A stretch of 64,000 bases of DNA from Hyphochytrium catenoides (lineage: Eukaryota > Protista > Hyphochytriomycota), in NCBI GenBank assembly GCA_900088475.1, contig FLMG01000350.1, positions 62,001-126,000 of the forward strand, read 5' to 3'. Positions 1-15,000 of the stretch are shown here, one piece after another. The first letter of the stretch is position 1. The number at the start of each line of letters is the position of its first letter. The translations under genes and the position numbers were made by a program. A model generated the notes under the pieces. The model saw only the letters and a program-made list of their open reading frames with translations. It did not search any database and had not been told where the DNA came from.

Positions 1-3
1 TAG

Positions 4-3000
4 GGAGTCTGCTAGTAAGATGTTGGTCTGCCTTTGGGCTAGCAGCTCCCCTGGAAGACACATCTTCCTTGACCCACCGCTAAGCACAGCAGAAAGACTG
101 TTGGACGCCTCGGATATTGGCACTCGCTCAGAGGGATTACGAATTCTGATAGATTTAAGTTCAACCTTCATGCCAGCCCGAAAGGTTCTCGGAGAAAAGC
201 TAGAACTTTTATTGGCTGCCATCCAAGGCGAATCTCTTCAGATGCGATTTCAGGTAAGTGCATCCTTGCCACAGATTATGAGTGAACAGCTCTTCATCCT
301 TCTCTTCAATTTACCAGGGCTGGCGGGGCATTGTCTGCATAGCTGAGTTTGCAGAGACGTTCCTTAAGGAGCGGCTGTCGTTCGAGTTTCAGGTTTCAAA
401 AGTGGGAAGCTACCTTCAGAATGTCTTGAAACTCGACTATCAAACACCTTCAGAAGCAGAATGGGCTAAGGAAAGTGCAATGGCTATCAAGGGGATGCAG
501 CTTTTAGTTCTTCTAGGGCCAAGTAGCCTCAACAAGGCTTTCTTTGAATATCTACGCGTATTGATACTGTCTCTGGTGGAGTGTCTACGGCTCACAAGCC
601 CCCCAAATCAGCCCAGCATGGTCAACCAGAGAGCGATGGCCATCCTGCCACAGTACCTCCGGGCTGTGGCAATGCTTCTGACCTCGTTACCTACTTCCTC
701 TAAGACAAGGGATATGGAGGCCATCTGTGACCTGCTGAACTCAAGTAACATATTGAGTAGTCTTGCTTTCACACTACGTCAATCTCAGGTGGAGAGCTTA
801 CTAATGTCTGTGCTGAAGGTGACGTTTTGGATAGCCAACGTCTCAGATACCTCTCAACTGTCTCCTGACTGTTTACAGTCGCTGATCACCTCCCTCATTG
901 ATATACTTCAAAGATTTTCTCTTACACCAATGGAAGCGCTGTCCCCGATCTCTCAACCTCTAGGTCTAGACATCCCCACCAACGTTAAGGCTCATGAGGA
1001 TAACACGGCTCAATGTACTGATGCTAATCTCGCCTGCATATATATATGCATGGTATTACCTGTGCGAAACGCAAGGTGTAACGGTGAAGCTAGTGCTGTT
1101 CCCAGGCGTCCAGGTGCTTCCGCTGCGCGACCACAGATGAAAGCAATGGATGACCTTCCTAACCCGGACGCCTGTTCAATTACGTCCCTTGGCAGACCTA
1201 TTGTTCAGCCAAAGAATGCACCCACGAATGGCGCTTCATTGCCGACAACGGACCCATCATTACCTAAGAATCCAGCATGGGTACAAGCGGCAAGGTCAGC
1301 GCAAGATGATCTTCACACTAGGGTACTCTCCAGTCCAGCAGGCCACCACCGTGCCGACTGCACTGGCAAATCTAGCTGTCTAGAAGTAGTTGAACTATAC
1401 TCCAAGCATACACTGCGCCTTTATCATCTGGCGCTTCGAGTACTTGCAGTTATTACTGTCTCGTTGGATACCGCTCATCAAGTAGCGGACGATCTCACGG
1501 GAAGTATTCATGTCAGCCGGACCTCTGAAGACCCAAGTGAAGGAAAAAACGCCAAACTATCGGCAAAAGTGATTTTTCAAAACTCAATAGCAGGCCTCAA
1601 CTCCCTGACTGGTTACCTCTACACTGTTCCTTGTTCCCCTCAAAGCAAATCTCCAGCTTCCGAAGAGAAAGGTATCTGGAGGTTGGTCAGGGAGATGCAG
1701 ATGGATGCTTTGTGCATTCTGGCATCACTTCTTTGCAACAACGCCAACAAGATAGCTTTTGTCTCTCCTCAACATCGGCGCTCTCTAAGCAGGAAGGTCT
1801 ACAGCTTTGAGGAGGAGACATTGCAAAAGGCATGGGGCCGATCTAACATTTTCGTTCTACCCCAACTTACTCGTCTCCTCTGCGACAGTAACAACCTGGA
1901 GACACAGGCATTGTCAATGGTCATTTTCGCTTCTCTTTTCTCCTATTCAGTATCGGCTGAGGTCGTCATACGATGGTCAGATGAAGATCCTTGGTTTGCA
2001 GAGATCGTCGAACGACGAAGCTGGTTCGGTAACAGCGAGACCTTTCGAAAGGAGATGTCTACAAGCAGTGCGAGGAAAACGTCAGCACGTCTTATAGAAT
2101 TAGTCATTCTGTTGATAGAGGAGAAAAGGGATGCTCCTCATCTGCGGGAACTCCTCTTTCTGGTGCTAGTAAAGGCGTCCGAATCGTTACCTAACTCTTT
2201 TGAGAAGAACACCTTTTTTTCCTTCCTAGTCGATAGATGTTCGGCACAGTGCTCTACTACGGAAATGTATATGCTGGCCAAGATCACGCGAAACATCTGC
2301 AGGATCAGGGGCTTACGCTTAGCCTTCCTTCGCTTTATCAATAGCGGCTCGGGCCAATTTTTGAGCGAACTCGCCCGAGGATTGCAATATCAAAGTGAGG
2401 CAGTTCAAGGGGCCGTCATGGAAGGCTTATTGGTCCTTGGCCAAGGGAACTTGAGGTGGGACAAGGATACAGCGAAACAAGTGGTCTTCAAATGGATGTA
2501 CAACGCTTTTTCCATGAAGAGGAGGCTCCAACCTCGAAGGCTCTTTCAAGCAAGAGACGTCTCGAACGTGACCAACAGCTCTTCACATTTGCCTGCGGTT
2601 ATAGAGGTGATAATGAGCACTTGCCCGGCGGACCTCCAAGAGGGCATTACTAGGTTGACCCCTTGGGATAATTCTACGGAGTGGCTCTACATAAAGCTTT
2701 TTCACCTTTGGAGTCTACAAACCCAATGTTCATTCAACGTGTTAAAGGGTCGGGATCATGATAATAACAGCGGCCAAATCTCCTTCGATGTCAAGCATAT
2801 TGCGCTGAAGACGCCAGTGGCTTATCTATTGCGCCAATGCCGGAGTCAGGTCATTTCATTGGAGCAGCTCCTCTTGGTCTTTGCATCTTATACGCCTGTC
2901 ATGGCTGCCCAGTTGAAGTTCAAAGACATTCTCAGCTTCGTCCTAAAAGTGGAGGATGAGATGAAGAGCCCAACACTGAACTTATTTCGGCTTGCTTGCC

Positions 3001-6000
3001 TAGGGATCCACCTCTCTAAGCTTCTAAACGGCTCATGCTTGGAGGATTCACCACCATTACCCGCATTTGTCCATATCTTCATGGTAGTGAAGCAGTTTGT
3101 AGACCTTGCTAATCAGAAGCAAGAAAAGATGTTGCTCAGAATAGGCTTTTGGCTAATCGCACTCTATGGGTCAATCTGCCACGCTAATGGAGTGTATAAT
3201 ACGGTAGGAGACGCCTATTCTCTTCCTCAGCCAGACGTGAAGGGAATCCTGACTACCCTAGAAAACGAGTTGAAAGGAGACCTAGATATGAAACTATGCA
3301 ACCGTTATGCCCAAGGCTTAGGGAGCGCCTTGCCGGTTTCATGCAATCAGAACTTTCCATCTCGGCGATCAATGGTGCTGGAAGCTGGAGTGGCTCTAGT
3401 AGAGCTGGTGCGAGCGGACTACGTGAATGATTGGATTAGTTCTCCTGAGATGACGGAGTCTTTGCTTGGATTGGTTTGCTGCCGGTCGTCTGGAATTGAC
3501 GCCCCTAAATGTCTCAGGCTCACACTGAGCCTATTACAACTGCACTTCGAGGTCTGGGGAGTCAAAGTTCAGGCTTGTCCGAAACCTGTATCTGCTTGCC
3601 GGGTCCTTGATTTGGGAATGGAGATTGGTGCAGTTTGGCAGCATCTGGACCACCCACAATGGAGAACACAGCTAGCCGCCATGAGACTCCTCCTTCAGGC
3701 ACTTAAAACAGAGATAACTTGTAACTGTACGATGTCTCCTACACAATTCCTCTCGGATTGGCTCATTAGCCTGGGCTCATTTCGTGATGGCTGGGGCCAC
3801 CTGAGCCTAGAGACACAGTGTTCTTTGGGCAAGCTCAGAGAATCAGCGCTAAATAGTGGAAATATCCTTGATCAACCTGAATTAGTCACACCGTGCGTGT
3901 CGATGGCATTGCTCATGAAGATACCACCATTTTCGGCGCTACCTTCAGGCACACTATATGCCCTGGCTGGATTAGCATCAGTCAAACGGCTTTCTGTGGC
4001 AGAAAAGTTGGAGGTAATGCATGAGCTGATAATCGTTCTTACCGGCTCCATAGAATTTTCTTGCCAGAGCATCTTGTACACGCAGGATGAAGCGTCACTC
4101 AGGGCCCATGAGCTAGGTCCTGGTGGATTTTATAGTCTTGCTATCGTACGTCCCGACGCTCGGAGTATAGCGTTTACCGCAAAGCAAAATGATACCCGGG
4201 TTCTTAGTATAAGCGGTGAAAGTCTGACTGCTGCTCTACCCCCCAACTACCTCTACTTATTCCTGAAAAGCAGCTTTAGCGGCCCAGACTCAACTCAGCG
4301 GATCCAAGGGACTTCCCTGGCGCCTATTGACTATGTACTCCATATCATCAAAGATGCGTTATCCAACCCGAGGCTGGACAACTCAGGCGTCGCTTTGGAA
4401 CTGCTGTCCTTTCTTGCCAAAGAAGAAGTATTTCTCGTCCGGATGCTGACCTACGAAAGACTATTCTCCAGAAGTCTGGCTGGTATATTGGACTTATATA
4501 GTCCCGGATCTGCAGCAAGTTTACATTTTCTGGACTTCGTGCTACACACAGAGGCCGGATACCGGCAACGGAGCTTGTTCGCCAATTTGGGTGTCCCATC
4601 TTTCAGAATCCACATAGGGGAGGAGAGAGCTATTCCCCTACCTATTCTTCTGTTGGCACTTTTCAAGAGGTACTCGGAAGATCCTTGGAGGGCAGTGATA
4701 TTACGAGTACTATGCAAGCTTACTCGTGAGTCTCAAACGTCAACGGTACCGGAACGAAGTCTCATTCCTCCTGAAAAGTGGGACATCGAGGATGTCCGGG
4801 TCATAACCCAGACCTTCCTATCACCAGGGTGCCACACGGAAGTGCGACTGGACGCTGTCTCCATTATGGACAGCCTAGTAACCCACAAGGCGGGTTTTTG
4901 TAGCCCTAAGGTCTCCTCCATTGGAGGATGGAAGGATGATTGGCCAGTCGTGACTGAACCCACCATCAAATCACTTGATCCCACCATCGAATCACTTGAT
5001 GAGAAGCATTTCGGGGCGAGGGAGGAGAGACAAGCTCTAATTTTGGGGTTACTATTCACTCTGGAAGAGGTCCAAGGGGACTCCGCTATATCAGGCACAG
5101 CAGAACGATTATGGTCAAGTGTTGAAATTACGAGAGAAGCTGTTCAGTCAGAAGAGCAAATGATGTCACTCTATTGTGTTCATGTCATCCACATCCTCCA
5201 TAATCTGACTGCAAGTAGGGCCTTTGCGGACCTGTGGTTAGGAGAGGATACTCGTAGATCCCTCCTGTCACCCTTCAGATTGCTGGTCCACCTGAACCGG
5301 AAAGCCTTGATTGACGGAAGCGACGGCACTCCAGCAAAAAGCAGGCTATTGAAGGAAGTAATGACTCTGATTGCTCGCTTCATTGATTGCAGTTTACCGT
5401 TCGAATCACAGTTGAAGACTTCTACCGCTGTCCTAAATGAAGGTCGTCTGGTTCCACTCTTAAATCGTTACATGGCCAAAGGAGGAGAGCATTTTCGCTT
5501 AGCCGCGTTATTGTGTCGTGATATCTACCTGATATCGCGAGAGACACCCGGCCTTGAACCCTCGGACGCAGATGTTACGACCACTCTGCTTATGATCAAG
5601 TCATTGATCTCGGATTTATGTTTGCAGCCGGATTCGGCCACACTGCTCCACCGGGGCGCTTATGCTTTGGCGGTTGCCGAATCGCTACTAGCTACCAGAG
5701 CGAATGGAAAGAGGTTCATAGGCTGTGGGCTCCTTGCACAGCTCTTGTCACTCTTAAGCGCGGTTACCGAGAAGTTAAGATTGTCAGAAGCAGCGGAAAA
5801 AACTGGCCCTTTACATTGCGCATCGGACTTCGTCCGACTTCTTCGTAATCTTTATCGACTTCTCACTTGCCTAGAGACATCCATTCGCGGTGTGGGACCT
5901 TTCTTAGCAAGGGATCCAGGACTGTCAATATGCAGCTGGACAGTACCCTTGTGGCATCTTTCGCAGGATCCCAGCTTGTCGTTCGGCCCTGATCTTCTTT

Positions 6001-9000
6001 GCCTCGTCCACTCTCTGACTCTATATAGCGAGAGCTTCAGACGCAATGTAGGTAGATTAGCCAGCAGCTCTACATCTCCGCTGCTAGTAACCCCCCTACG
6101 GCCCGAAGATGCTTTCCTCTTGCTTCTATTGCGCCTTTTCAGGGACTTATCTGTGCGATCCAAGCCAGGAGCCGATGTAATGGAACTATACGTGTGTGAT
6201 GCTTTTGTCTTGCTGGCCGCTATACCTGCAGTTTCTAGCGCAATCGCAGGTTCTGCTGAAGCCCAATTGTGGGACTTGGTAGCGGTGCTGCGGTCATCTG
6301 GTCGTATTGAACAGCTCGTTAAGCTCCTTCGCAGCTTATCGTCGAACCAAACAATGCGTCAGATGCTAACCTTCTCGAGCCTTCCCTATGGGCGGTTAGG
6401 CCTCGACAAGGAGGAGGGTAAGCCAGCCGGACTTAAGGAGTGTTATCGAATGCTCCTGAATGAGATATTCCAGGACGCAGATGTCGTCAAGCTTTCCAAC
6501 CTCAGCTATCTTCTACTGCAAGGGCTACAATTAACTCCAAGTGAGGTTGTAAAAGACATATTCTCAATTATGGATCCTGTCTCTATGCAACGATTCTGCG
6601 ACACTTTTGAGGGTTTGCAATCAATGCAGGGGACCAACAGCGCTGGAGTTCTAAGTCTTTCCTGTGCATTAGCGTATATGATGGGAAAGAGTATCCTCTA
6701 CTGGAAGAACCGCTTTACCACCAAGCAAATTATGGTGGCAAAGAGTGCTCTTCTCCTCTGTCTGAGATCCTTTGATGGGACTTGTGCCTCAAACCGGGAT
6801 CTTTCGTCCCTGCAATCACTACAAGAGATTGATGCTGAAGCTGTGATAAGAAGCTCCGTTCTGGAGTGTGTAGGGTCAATGATGGAGTTCTGTTCCGACG
6901 ATATCACGCTGGTTAAGCAGCTCATCTCATCGTGGACTTCATGTGTGCCCAAAGGTCTTACTGGGCTTCTTCATCACATACTTGAAGGTAAGGCAGGGTG
7001 CTTCCTATCGGGCTCCCTTACCTTGAAAGCCACCATCTAAGTCACAATCTTTGGCTTTCATTCAGCTTTAGCAGGAAAAAGTCATTCACTTACGTCGGAC
7101 GGAACCTTCTTGGCAGGCCTCAAGAGCATTCTATCATTTCTGTTAGCTTCCACTTCCATTTTGCACACCAAGCAGCGGGATTGCCAGAACTTGTGGCGAC
7201 GCACAGGCCTCCTGGATATACTCACGCAGCTATTACTGAGTGGAATTCTGCCCCAACCGCTGCAGGTAAATTCTTGTCCCTTGAACTTAAATATCTCCAC
7301 GTTCACAGCATCTAATCCCGACGGAAGCTCTTCCATCTTATCAGTTGGGCCTGTGAGGAAAATGGAGATAGCCTTGTTTTGGTGGGGGAGACACAGAATG
7401 GAGCAATTCTCAAGCTCCTTCTGGAGACGATTGAGACCAAACAGGCTGATATGAGCCCGGATCTTAAGGAACACGTGAGGGTTCTAACGGCTTTGGCTTG
7501 CACACCCAAGAATGCATATAGGTGTCAAAAGCTAGGAGTTTGTTCCGTTATTCGCAGAGCTTTCCTTCAAAGCTTGCAGGATGGGGGAGATGTGAGTGTC
7601 GCGTACGAGGTCAGTCCAATTTACAAGGTGAATGGCACATAGAGAACGACCACTCAGAACACCTCCCAGCTGCTGCTACTGTTGTCCTCCCTTGTCCGAA
7701 ACTGTAGCACTCTCGCAGAAGAGCTTCTAATACAGGATAACAACGTTGTGAGACTACTGATAGACCCAGCAAGACCTTATCTACTGCCAATAGGGTGTGA
7801 GACTCTCTGGAGGTGAGCCGTGTCCTTTCGTGAAGCATATGTGATCACTTACAACTAAACTTTTCATCTACAAGCGCGCTACTCAACGTTCAAAGCTTGC
7901 AAAGAGAGAGTTTCGCAAACGATTTCAGGCTAGACGGTGATGAAAACCTAATCATCCGTACCGCCACCCTCATTGTGGCTCATCGAAAGAGTTACAACTC
8001 CTCAATTGACACGTCCCTCAAGACAACCCCAAAAAGAGAGTTCGAGGAAAACTCCGATACCCAAGCGAGTACTTGTCTCTTACTCGAAAGCTTAGGTGGC
8101 ATTCTGTCGTGCCTTTTTACAGCCCCAACCCATTGTTCCAGTTTCCTGGCATTGAAGATATCCTCTACCGTTATAGAGTGCATATACCAGAGCTATGAAG
8201 ACGGCGCAATTGGTGATGTTGGTGTCCACTGGTTGGCCATCCTTGCTTCCCAAAGGTATGGATGCAACTTACACGGAGAGAGGGGAACCAAAGTATAGGC
8301 TTTGGATAATCGTTATCACCACCAGGTTCGCAACCTTGAAGGAAAGTGTTGTTCTCCTCTCAAGTCTCATTGGGCCATTTTTTCGGGATTCCATGGCCTC
8401 ACGTACATCACAACTATGCAGCAAGTGTCTCTCACTCTTCTTTAGTGCTCATGCTGAGATGGTAAGAGGGTCTTCAATCATGTCTTTGCGACAGGTCACT
8501 TATTCTAGAATTTCAAGGTCCCGATAATACTCGGTGAGCTTAGAGAGCCCCCTCCTGACTCTTCGTCTTGGGAATTGTGGCTAGTCAAGAATCTCGTAAG
8601 TCGATTTGAGGCTTCCTCTATGGGAGAGAGAGTTCAAGCTATCTCAGCACTCTGCGCCCTGGTGCGAGCGCACAAGAAGGATTTGTCAGACGCTTTTGAC
8701 ATCGCGAAGAAGGGTATTATATCGGCTTTATCATGTCTTTGCCACATCCCAGGCACCATCTCTGCAGACAATATTCAGAGTAAATTCACCATCTTCCTTC
8801 CCTCAGCTAGCCAAGCGGGTTTTGGTACTTATGGTATGCACCCGAGAGAGTACTTCCATGCGCGTTTGCTGGGTGAGGGGACTCACGACGTAGACGAACG
8901 TTTGGTGTTGTTGGATCTCTACGTGACGCTGGGGAACCAATTGACGGATGCCAATGCAAACTCTCTTTCTAATCAGAGAAGCAGGGCCCATTTGCACGAA

Positions 9001-12000
9001 TTTGCTAGTCTTCTGCTTGCTGCCCTACGGCCCTACTATTCGATGGAGATCGCGGCATTTAAAAATTATGATCCAGTGGCAGGTCCCCACGTTCTGCGCT
9101 CACTTCAGAGACCTCAGGTGTTGTTTTATGATCCCCTCCGCTGGACACTTAGTGCGATAGAAGCCCTATCACGAGGGATCGTCAGCAACGAGTTATCATC
9201 ACAGAAGCTATTGACTGCTGAATACCTCGTTCTGCTAACCGATTATCTCCACACTCACCACCAGGACCTTTGTGCTCAGGTAAGCATCGGATTTGTCGTG
9301 TTCAGCTGAATGCTCAGCCCCGTGCTCACTTCTGTTGGCCTTGCAGTCCATGAAGCTGTTGCAGGTTGGTTGCACCCGGAACAACTTCGTAATAGAGCGT
9401 TTCAGACACATAGTGGTCGGCCGTAGGATTCCCTATGCATTGACTGGGTTTCTTAAGCCTGTGCAAGTGCGCATAAGTCTAGCGGTAAGACCACAGACGT
9501 CGGTTAAAGGGTCGGTACCCCTTATCAACCTAAAAATCTACACTTCAATCACGGTTTCGGAGGAAGGCCGGTGTTTGGCATTGGATCTACTGGAAATAAT
9601 TTGCACTCCAACTTCTTTATTAGCAGAGGTGCGAGATCAAGGACCTGGAGAGTTGTCGGAGACGCTTCGTCTAGTGTCGGCATTGCATCTACATGTTTCT
9701 TCTCTTAGAGTTGGACACAAAGCATCGGGCCCTCAACAAACGAAGATGTTAAGACAACTATCTGATATCATGGGCCACTTCGTACAGGCCCATTATCGAA
9801 AGGTTTCAAGCCTCCAATACCAGCTGCTCCAACATAACCTTGGACTACTTCTCTCTGACCTCCTGCGAGTGCTCGTCTTCAACTCTTTATGCCACGAGCG
9901 AGAACTGGAAGCATTTGTGCTGAGGATATTACAAAGATTATTAGAGCTAGACTCCGAGCTATTCGAGATTGCTCGTACGACCTCCTGGGTAAGGGCTGCA
10001 GAAAGCCGCAATCAAATTACTCCCATGCATCCTGAGCAAGGCTTCATCCATCCAACCACCGTCGCAAGAACTTGGCTAATTCAGCGGCTCAGCCAATCCG
10101 TTTCTTGTGAGTATCCGGCAGTGTCTATCCTCAGCATTCTGGCACACCTGCCTCCGACCTCTCTGCTAGAGATAGAAGGAGAATCCGCAAAGCAAATTGG
10201 GACAGTAACCTATCAACTCGTGCAGACTCTACTTAATGCCGCTTCCAAGTCAGGATGTTCTCATTCGGCTCAGCTGGCTTCATGGCTGATAGTCTTTCTT
10301 CGAAGGGTCCAGAGTTCTACTAGCGAAGGTCTTTGGTTCATAACTGATAGTATGCTCCAAGGTTTAGCCGAGCTCTACCTGCAACCGATATCCAGCCATC
10401 TTGGTCAGATGCCAGGTGTTCCTTTCCATAGTCGTGAGTTTCTGTGCCTGGTCAGGGATACTCTGTCAGGTGCGCCTATGTCTGCCAAGCTTCCTTTTTG
10501 GGCACGATTGCAAACTTATGGCGAAAGGCTCCAGACTGGTGTTGGTACCACTACCAGCTTTGATATTGCGGCTTCTCATCTACTAGAGGATAGGCTATGC
10601 AAGCACCTGTTCCTCAGTCTGAGGTTTCACGCGAACAGGTCAAGCAACGCTATCAAACGGATTTTGAGCCCAGACCTCGATGAGAATCATCTGGAAGGTT
10701 CGGGTGATGACAGATTGTCAAACGCTGCAGAGTCTGCGGTAGTGGTAGTCGAGCTATCAGGGTTTTTGCAAAAGTCGTTGGAGGATCACCATTTTCTAGC
10801 CATTCTGAGGGAAGACAATGTCAATGATCTCCTCTCTTCCTTAGGCTGCTTGAAAGCCACTTATCTCCTGGCGGATCACCAGATAGGGGCGGAAGGAACA
10901 CGTGCAGTGCCAAAAAGCTTGGCCATGTGTCTTAGTGGCCTAAGACGAGCTTTACAGGAATGTTTAGCTTTCGCTAGGCATCTTGCAACAGCCAAGAGTT
11001 CGAGAAACCTACGTGCTTGCATTCTACCATTGCAGGAATTTGAGGTCATCGATATCCTATCGCTGCCATCTGCCATTAGGATGTTTGCTGGTCAATGCTG
11101 TACGCCCAATAGCAAAGGGAAAGATTTTCTTGAACCACTTCATAGCTTTGTGTCCTCCATCCGACGTGCCTCTTGTTTTTCAAAGGTTAGAAGTGCGTGG
11201 TCTGAGTACCACGTTCTCCTTATGCATAAGCTGTTGGCAAAGATCCTCTACACTATGAGCGACAGGGGCCCCCACACCTCGTCTCTTCTCTATTACCTGT
11301 CTCACGTGCTCTACGAGGGTGTCAGGCCGAAAGAGGAGAGCATTATCTCGCGGTGTTTGGACTTTCAGGAACATCCGGAAGTAAAAAGCACCTTTATGGA
11401 AGTTACTATGTGGGGGATACGATGCCTTCAAAGACCCAGCCAAGATCAAACAGTACCCGAGGTGTCAATACATGTGAGTGCTGCTTTAGCTACCGTCCAA
11501 ATAGGTATGAATGCCGTTTGGCTGATGTGTCTGCTTGCGAATTGGACACACGTAGGTGAAAGCAAGAGTCAAAGACGATGCTACGACCCATCTGTCAGAG
11601 GTTGGCGGCATCATAGTGAACAAGCCCTTTTCGGTGCATGATGAAATGGAGTACATACTCAAGCGCCCGTGGATGTTCCCAGTGGAATCCGTTTCGAGAC
11701 TTGGCGCTAAAAAGATCGTCACTCTGGACTTTGTGCTCTCAATGCGAGTAGGGGGCAGACAAGGCTCAAGTGTCGCTCAAGCTGAGATCGAAATTCCTGA
11801 GAGTGTTTCGCCTGAAAAGGCTAGGTCGCACTGTCAGTATTTGGAAACAACTCTTGAGGGGCCCGTGGAAATGGGCTGCAGATGGAAGCTATGGTACACG
11901 ATCACTTTTGGTGACCAATTCCCAACACTTAGTGAAGTATCAGTTACTCCACTATTCAATGGTACCAAGCAAAAGGCAGCTGCAGCTCTTCCACGTAGCC

Positions 12001-15000
12001 TCTTAGGACGTTTAGTTTATACTTCCCTCGCTCTGAAGGACCCATCCTTCCAGCATGATGTCTTTTCGACATTGAAAGAGCTCCTTCATTCACGTCGCAA
12101 CGCAACGGAATTCCTCCAGTTGAAAATCACGGAGATTATCGTTGAGGCCTCAGGGCTCAAAGATTATCACACCCAGACCCAGGTTATCCTCCTCCTTTAT
12201 AAGGTCTCATGTCTGCTCCTTAACGCGCATGACAAGGAGGAAATAGACCAGCCCGCTGCCATTTGCAAGCTTTTTCAAGCCCTCATGTCCTTGGAACGAT
12301 TATGGCTTACGGAACCTTGGGGTAATCACCAACTCAACGATGACAAGGGCTCCTTGCTTCTCATAAGACGCCGTTTGCAAGCCGCACAGGGTCTGGTTCG
12401 AAACGCCACAGCCCTCATCTGCGGCCTTCTACCCGAACCTGAAAGTCAGCTGGACGAGGAAGAAGTGATGGTGAAAGCGCCGGCAAAGGAAGTGCATGAT
12501 TTATTCTCAGCTGTGAAGGTAAGGCGCATGTGAAGGTAAGGCGCATCGACACTTCGTTATGCTCACACATATTTACTCCTATTCTAGGGGATGGTATGGC
12601 ACCGAGAGGGAGCAAGTATGTTGAACGGACCTACCCCATCTGAAGCATCGCTTAAGGGGCACGCTGCGACTATGGCCACACGAATGCTACTTACCCAATT
12701 GGGTTTTGTTTACCGACTATGCATTGTAGCTGAAGTAGGACAGGTTGGCCCATCTGGAAGCAGCTTCGTTGCCTTAAGCCCTGCGGTTCTGTGTCATATA
12801 TCTTCTTACGAGGCTAACTATAGTGAGCAGGATCTCGACGAGACTAAGAGACAGAGAGAGGAAGGCTGCGAGATTATCAGTGGTTGCCTTCTCATGCTTG
12901 CTTGTCATCCGTACTTGCGTGGCGAGCTGGTCTCTCATCCGTCATGGGTGGCCTTAGAGAAATTTGTTATCCTGGCAGTACAGGATGACCTACAGGGAGT
13001 CATAGAGTTTTCAGGAGCCATGCTCCGCCTCATGCAATCTCCATATACGAGGGCTAAAATATGTACTGATGGATTCGTTGTCCTTCTTCTGCTCTTGGCC
13101 CTGACACTAGACAAGGTAAGAATGTTGTCAGCTATGAGTAACGTAGTATCTAACCTTGGCAAACAGCTTGAAAGCCCCAGTTCAAGTGACGTGGTGCATT
13201 GTGGGCCCTTACTTCAGGCTGCCTCTCACTGCTTGGTGTCCATTTTCCTTATTGCGATGGATAACAAAACTTTACCGTTGCTTTTGCAACCACAAACTCT
13301 TAAGAGTGAAAACCAGTGCTTCTTACGGAGACAGTCTAAGAAGTCTCCGTTTCTCTCACTTAAGCTCCACGCGCTTCCATTGGTACTGAGAAGTCTGAAG
13401 GCGCAACATAGTTCTATGTGGCGAAATGTGGCAGCCGGAATAGTTTCTAGGTTAGTAGACTTTTTGACCCTCGATGAGCTTCGTATGCAGATAGATTGTG
13501 GAACCAGTGAACTTGGCACTGACGACATTGAAAAAGCCTTTGAGGTGGGTTTGCAGCGCTGCTTACTACTAAAAAGCGGCAGGTCACCTGCACTTGTCGA
13601 TGACTCTAAGACTGTTTGCATCTGCAGGTGACCCTAATTACCACAGAGTCGGGCTTCAAGAGAGATCTCCAGGTTCTCCAAAGCATCTTCCACACCAACA
13701 TTTTCAGAATGGCTCGATTAGGCAGACTGGACAGTGGAGTTATTGATATTATTCCCCTTCAATGTGTGAGGAACATGCTGCATCAAAGCAGAACCATTTC
13801 AAATGAAGGGCATCAGGGGAGTACTTCAGCCGGGTTACCTCAGAGGGCAAGGAACATGATAGAGGAAATCAATAATTTTCTCCAAGTGTTCGAACATACC
13901 CAGACTAAGTTGCTCCAGCAGAATATGGAGCCTGATTTCCTAGCAGTGCTCAGAGATAGCGAGAGAGCTGTCCGAATCTACTGCGCTGGAACATCAATAT
14001 TCCGTATAATCCAAGAGGCTTACGCTGTGGCTGCAGCTGTCTTGGCAAAGGATACACGGCATGCCCTGGGGTCCAGTTCGGGACCCAGAATGATGTGCGG
14101 TAAGCCTCCAGGTCTTACTGCATGTAACGAGGATAGGTGGGGGGTGCTGACCAATGTGGGCTCGACCTTCGTTTTTGCATCCTTCAAACCAGTGTACTTC
14201 TCTCTTATGGAGGACTTGCTGGTGATGGCTGTCAAAAACCTCACGAATATGGACAGAACGTTCGTGGACAATAGACTTGGACAAGCCTTGAAGCATCTGC
14301 AGGCTGTTTGTCTTAGAATTCCAAATAGTGGCTTCCTTGATCACTTTCAGCGACAGGCGGATGGCATGCTTATCGCTTTGAGAGCCTGCTTTGTGAAGGG
14401 CAGATTCAATGGTGAAGACGAGAGCGGCAAATCGTTGCTACGGAAAGCGGAGGTAAGAACCCCATAAACCCGAGATCTAGTTAGAGCCCAAGGACTAAGT
14501 GCCGTTACATAGGAAGTCTTTGCGGCAGCTCAAGATATTGTCGACGAGGCAATTTTTGAGCCCTTTGAGAGCGTTTACACCCCTAAGATAAAGGACATCT
14601 TTAGAGACCTTTACATATCCGTACAAAAGATTATTGCTCTCTACCTGCTGCCACATGCGGCCGCCGGAAGAGATGGGCAGCCCGTCAAAATGGTGGGTAA
14701 AAAAGTAGAAACAATCATGGAGAACGCCTAGATTATGACTAACATCTTGATCAAGGAGGTGATATTCCCGGAGCAAGACGGGTTAACCAAACGGCTGCCT
14801 GATCTGGAGAGCAGGTTGTTGATGGATACGATCACGCTAGATTCAATGTTGTGTCTGCCTTTCGTCAACATTCCCAATGGCCTAAGGCCACCTCCGCTCT
14901 CTTTATGGGGGGCTATCATGGCACCCGTTCGCCGTGCTAAGCTTTACGGCTACTACTTAGAGCTGAAAGTTTACTCGAAGAGATCTGTGGTCATCAAGCG

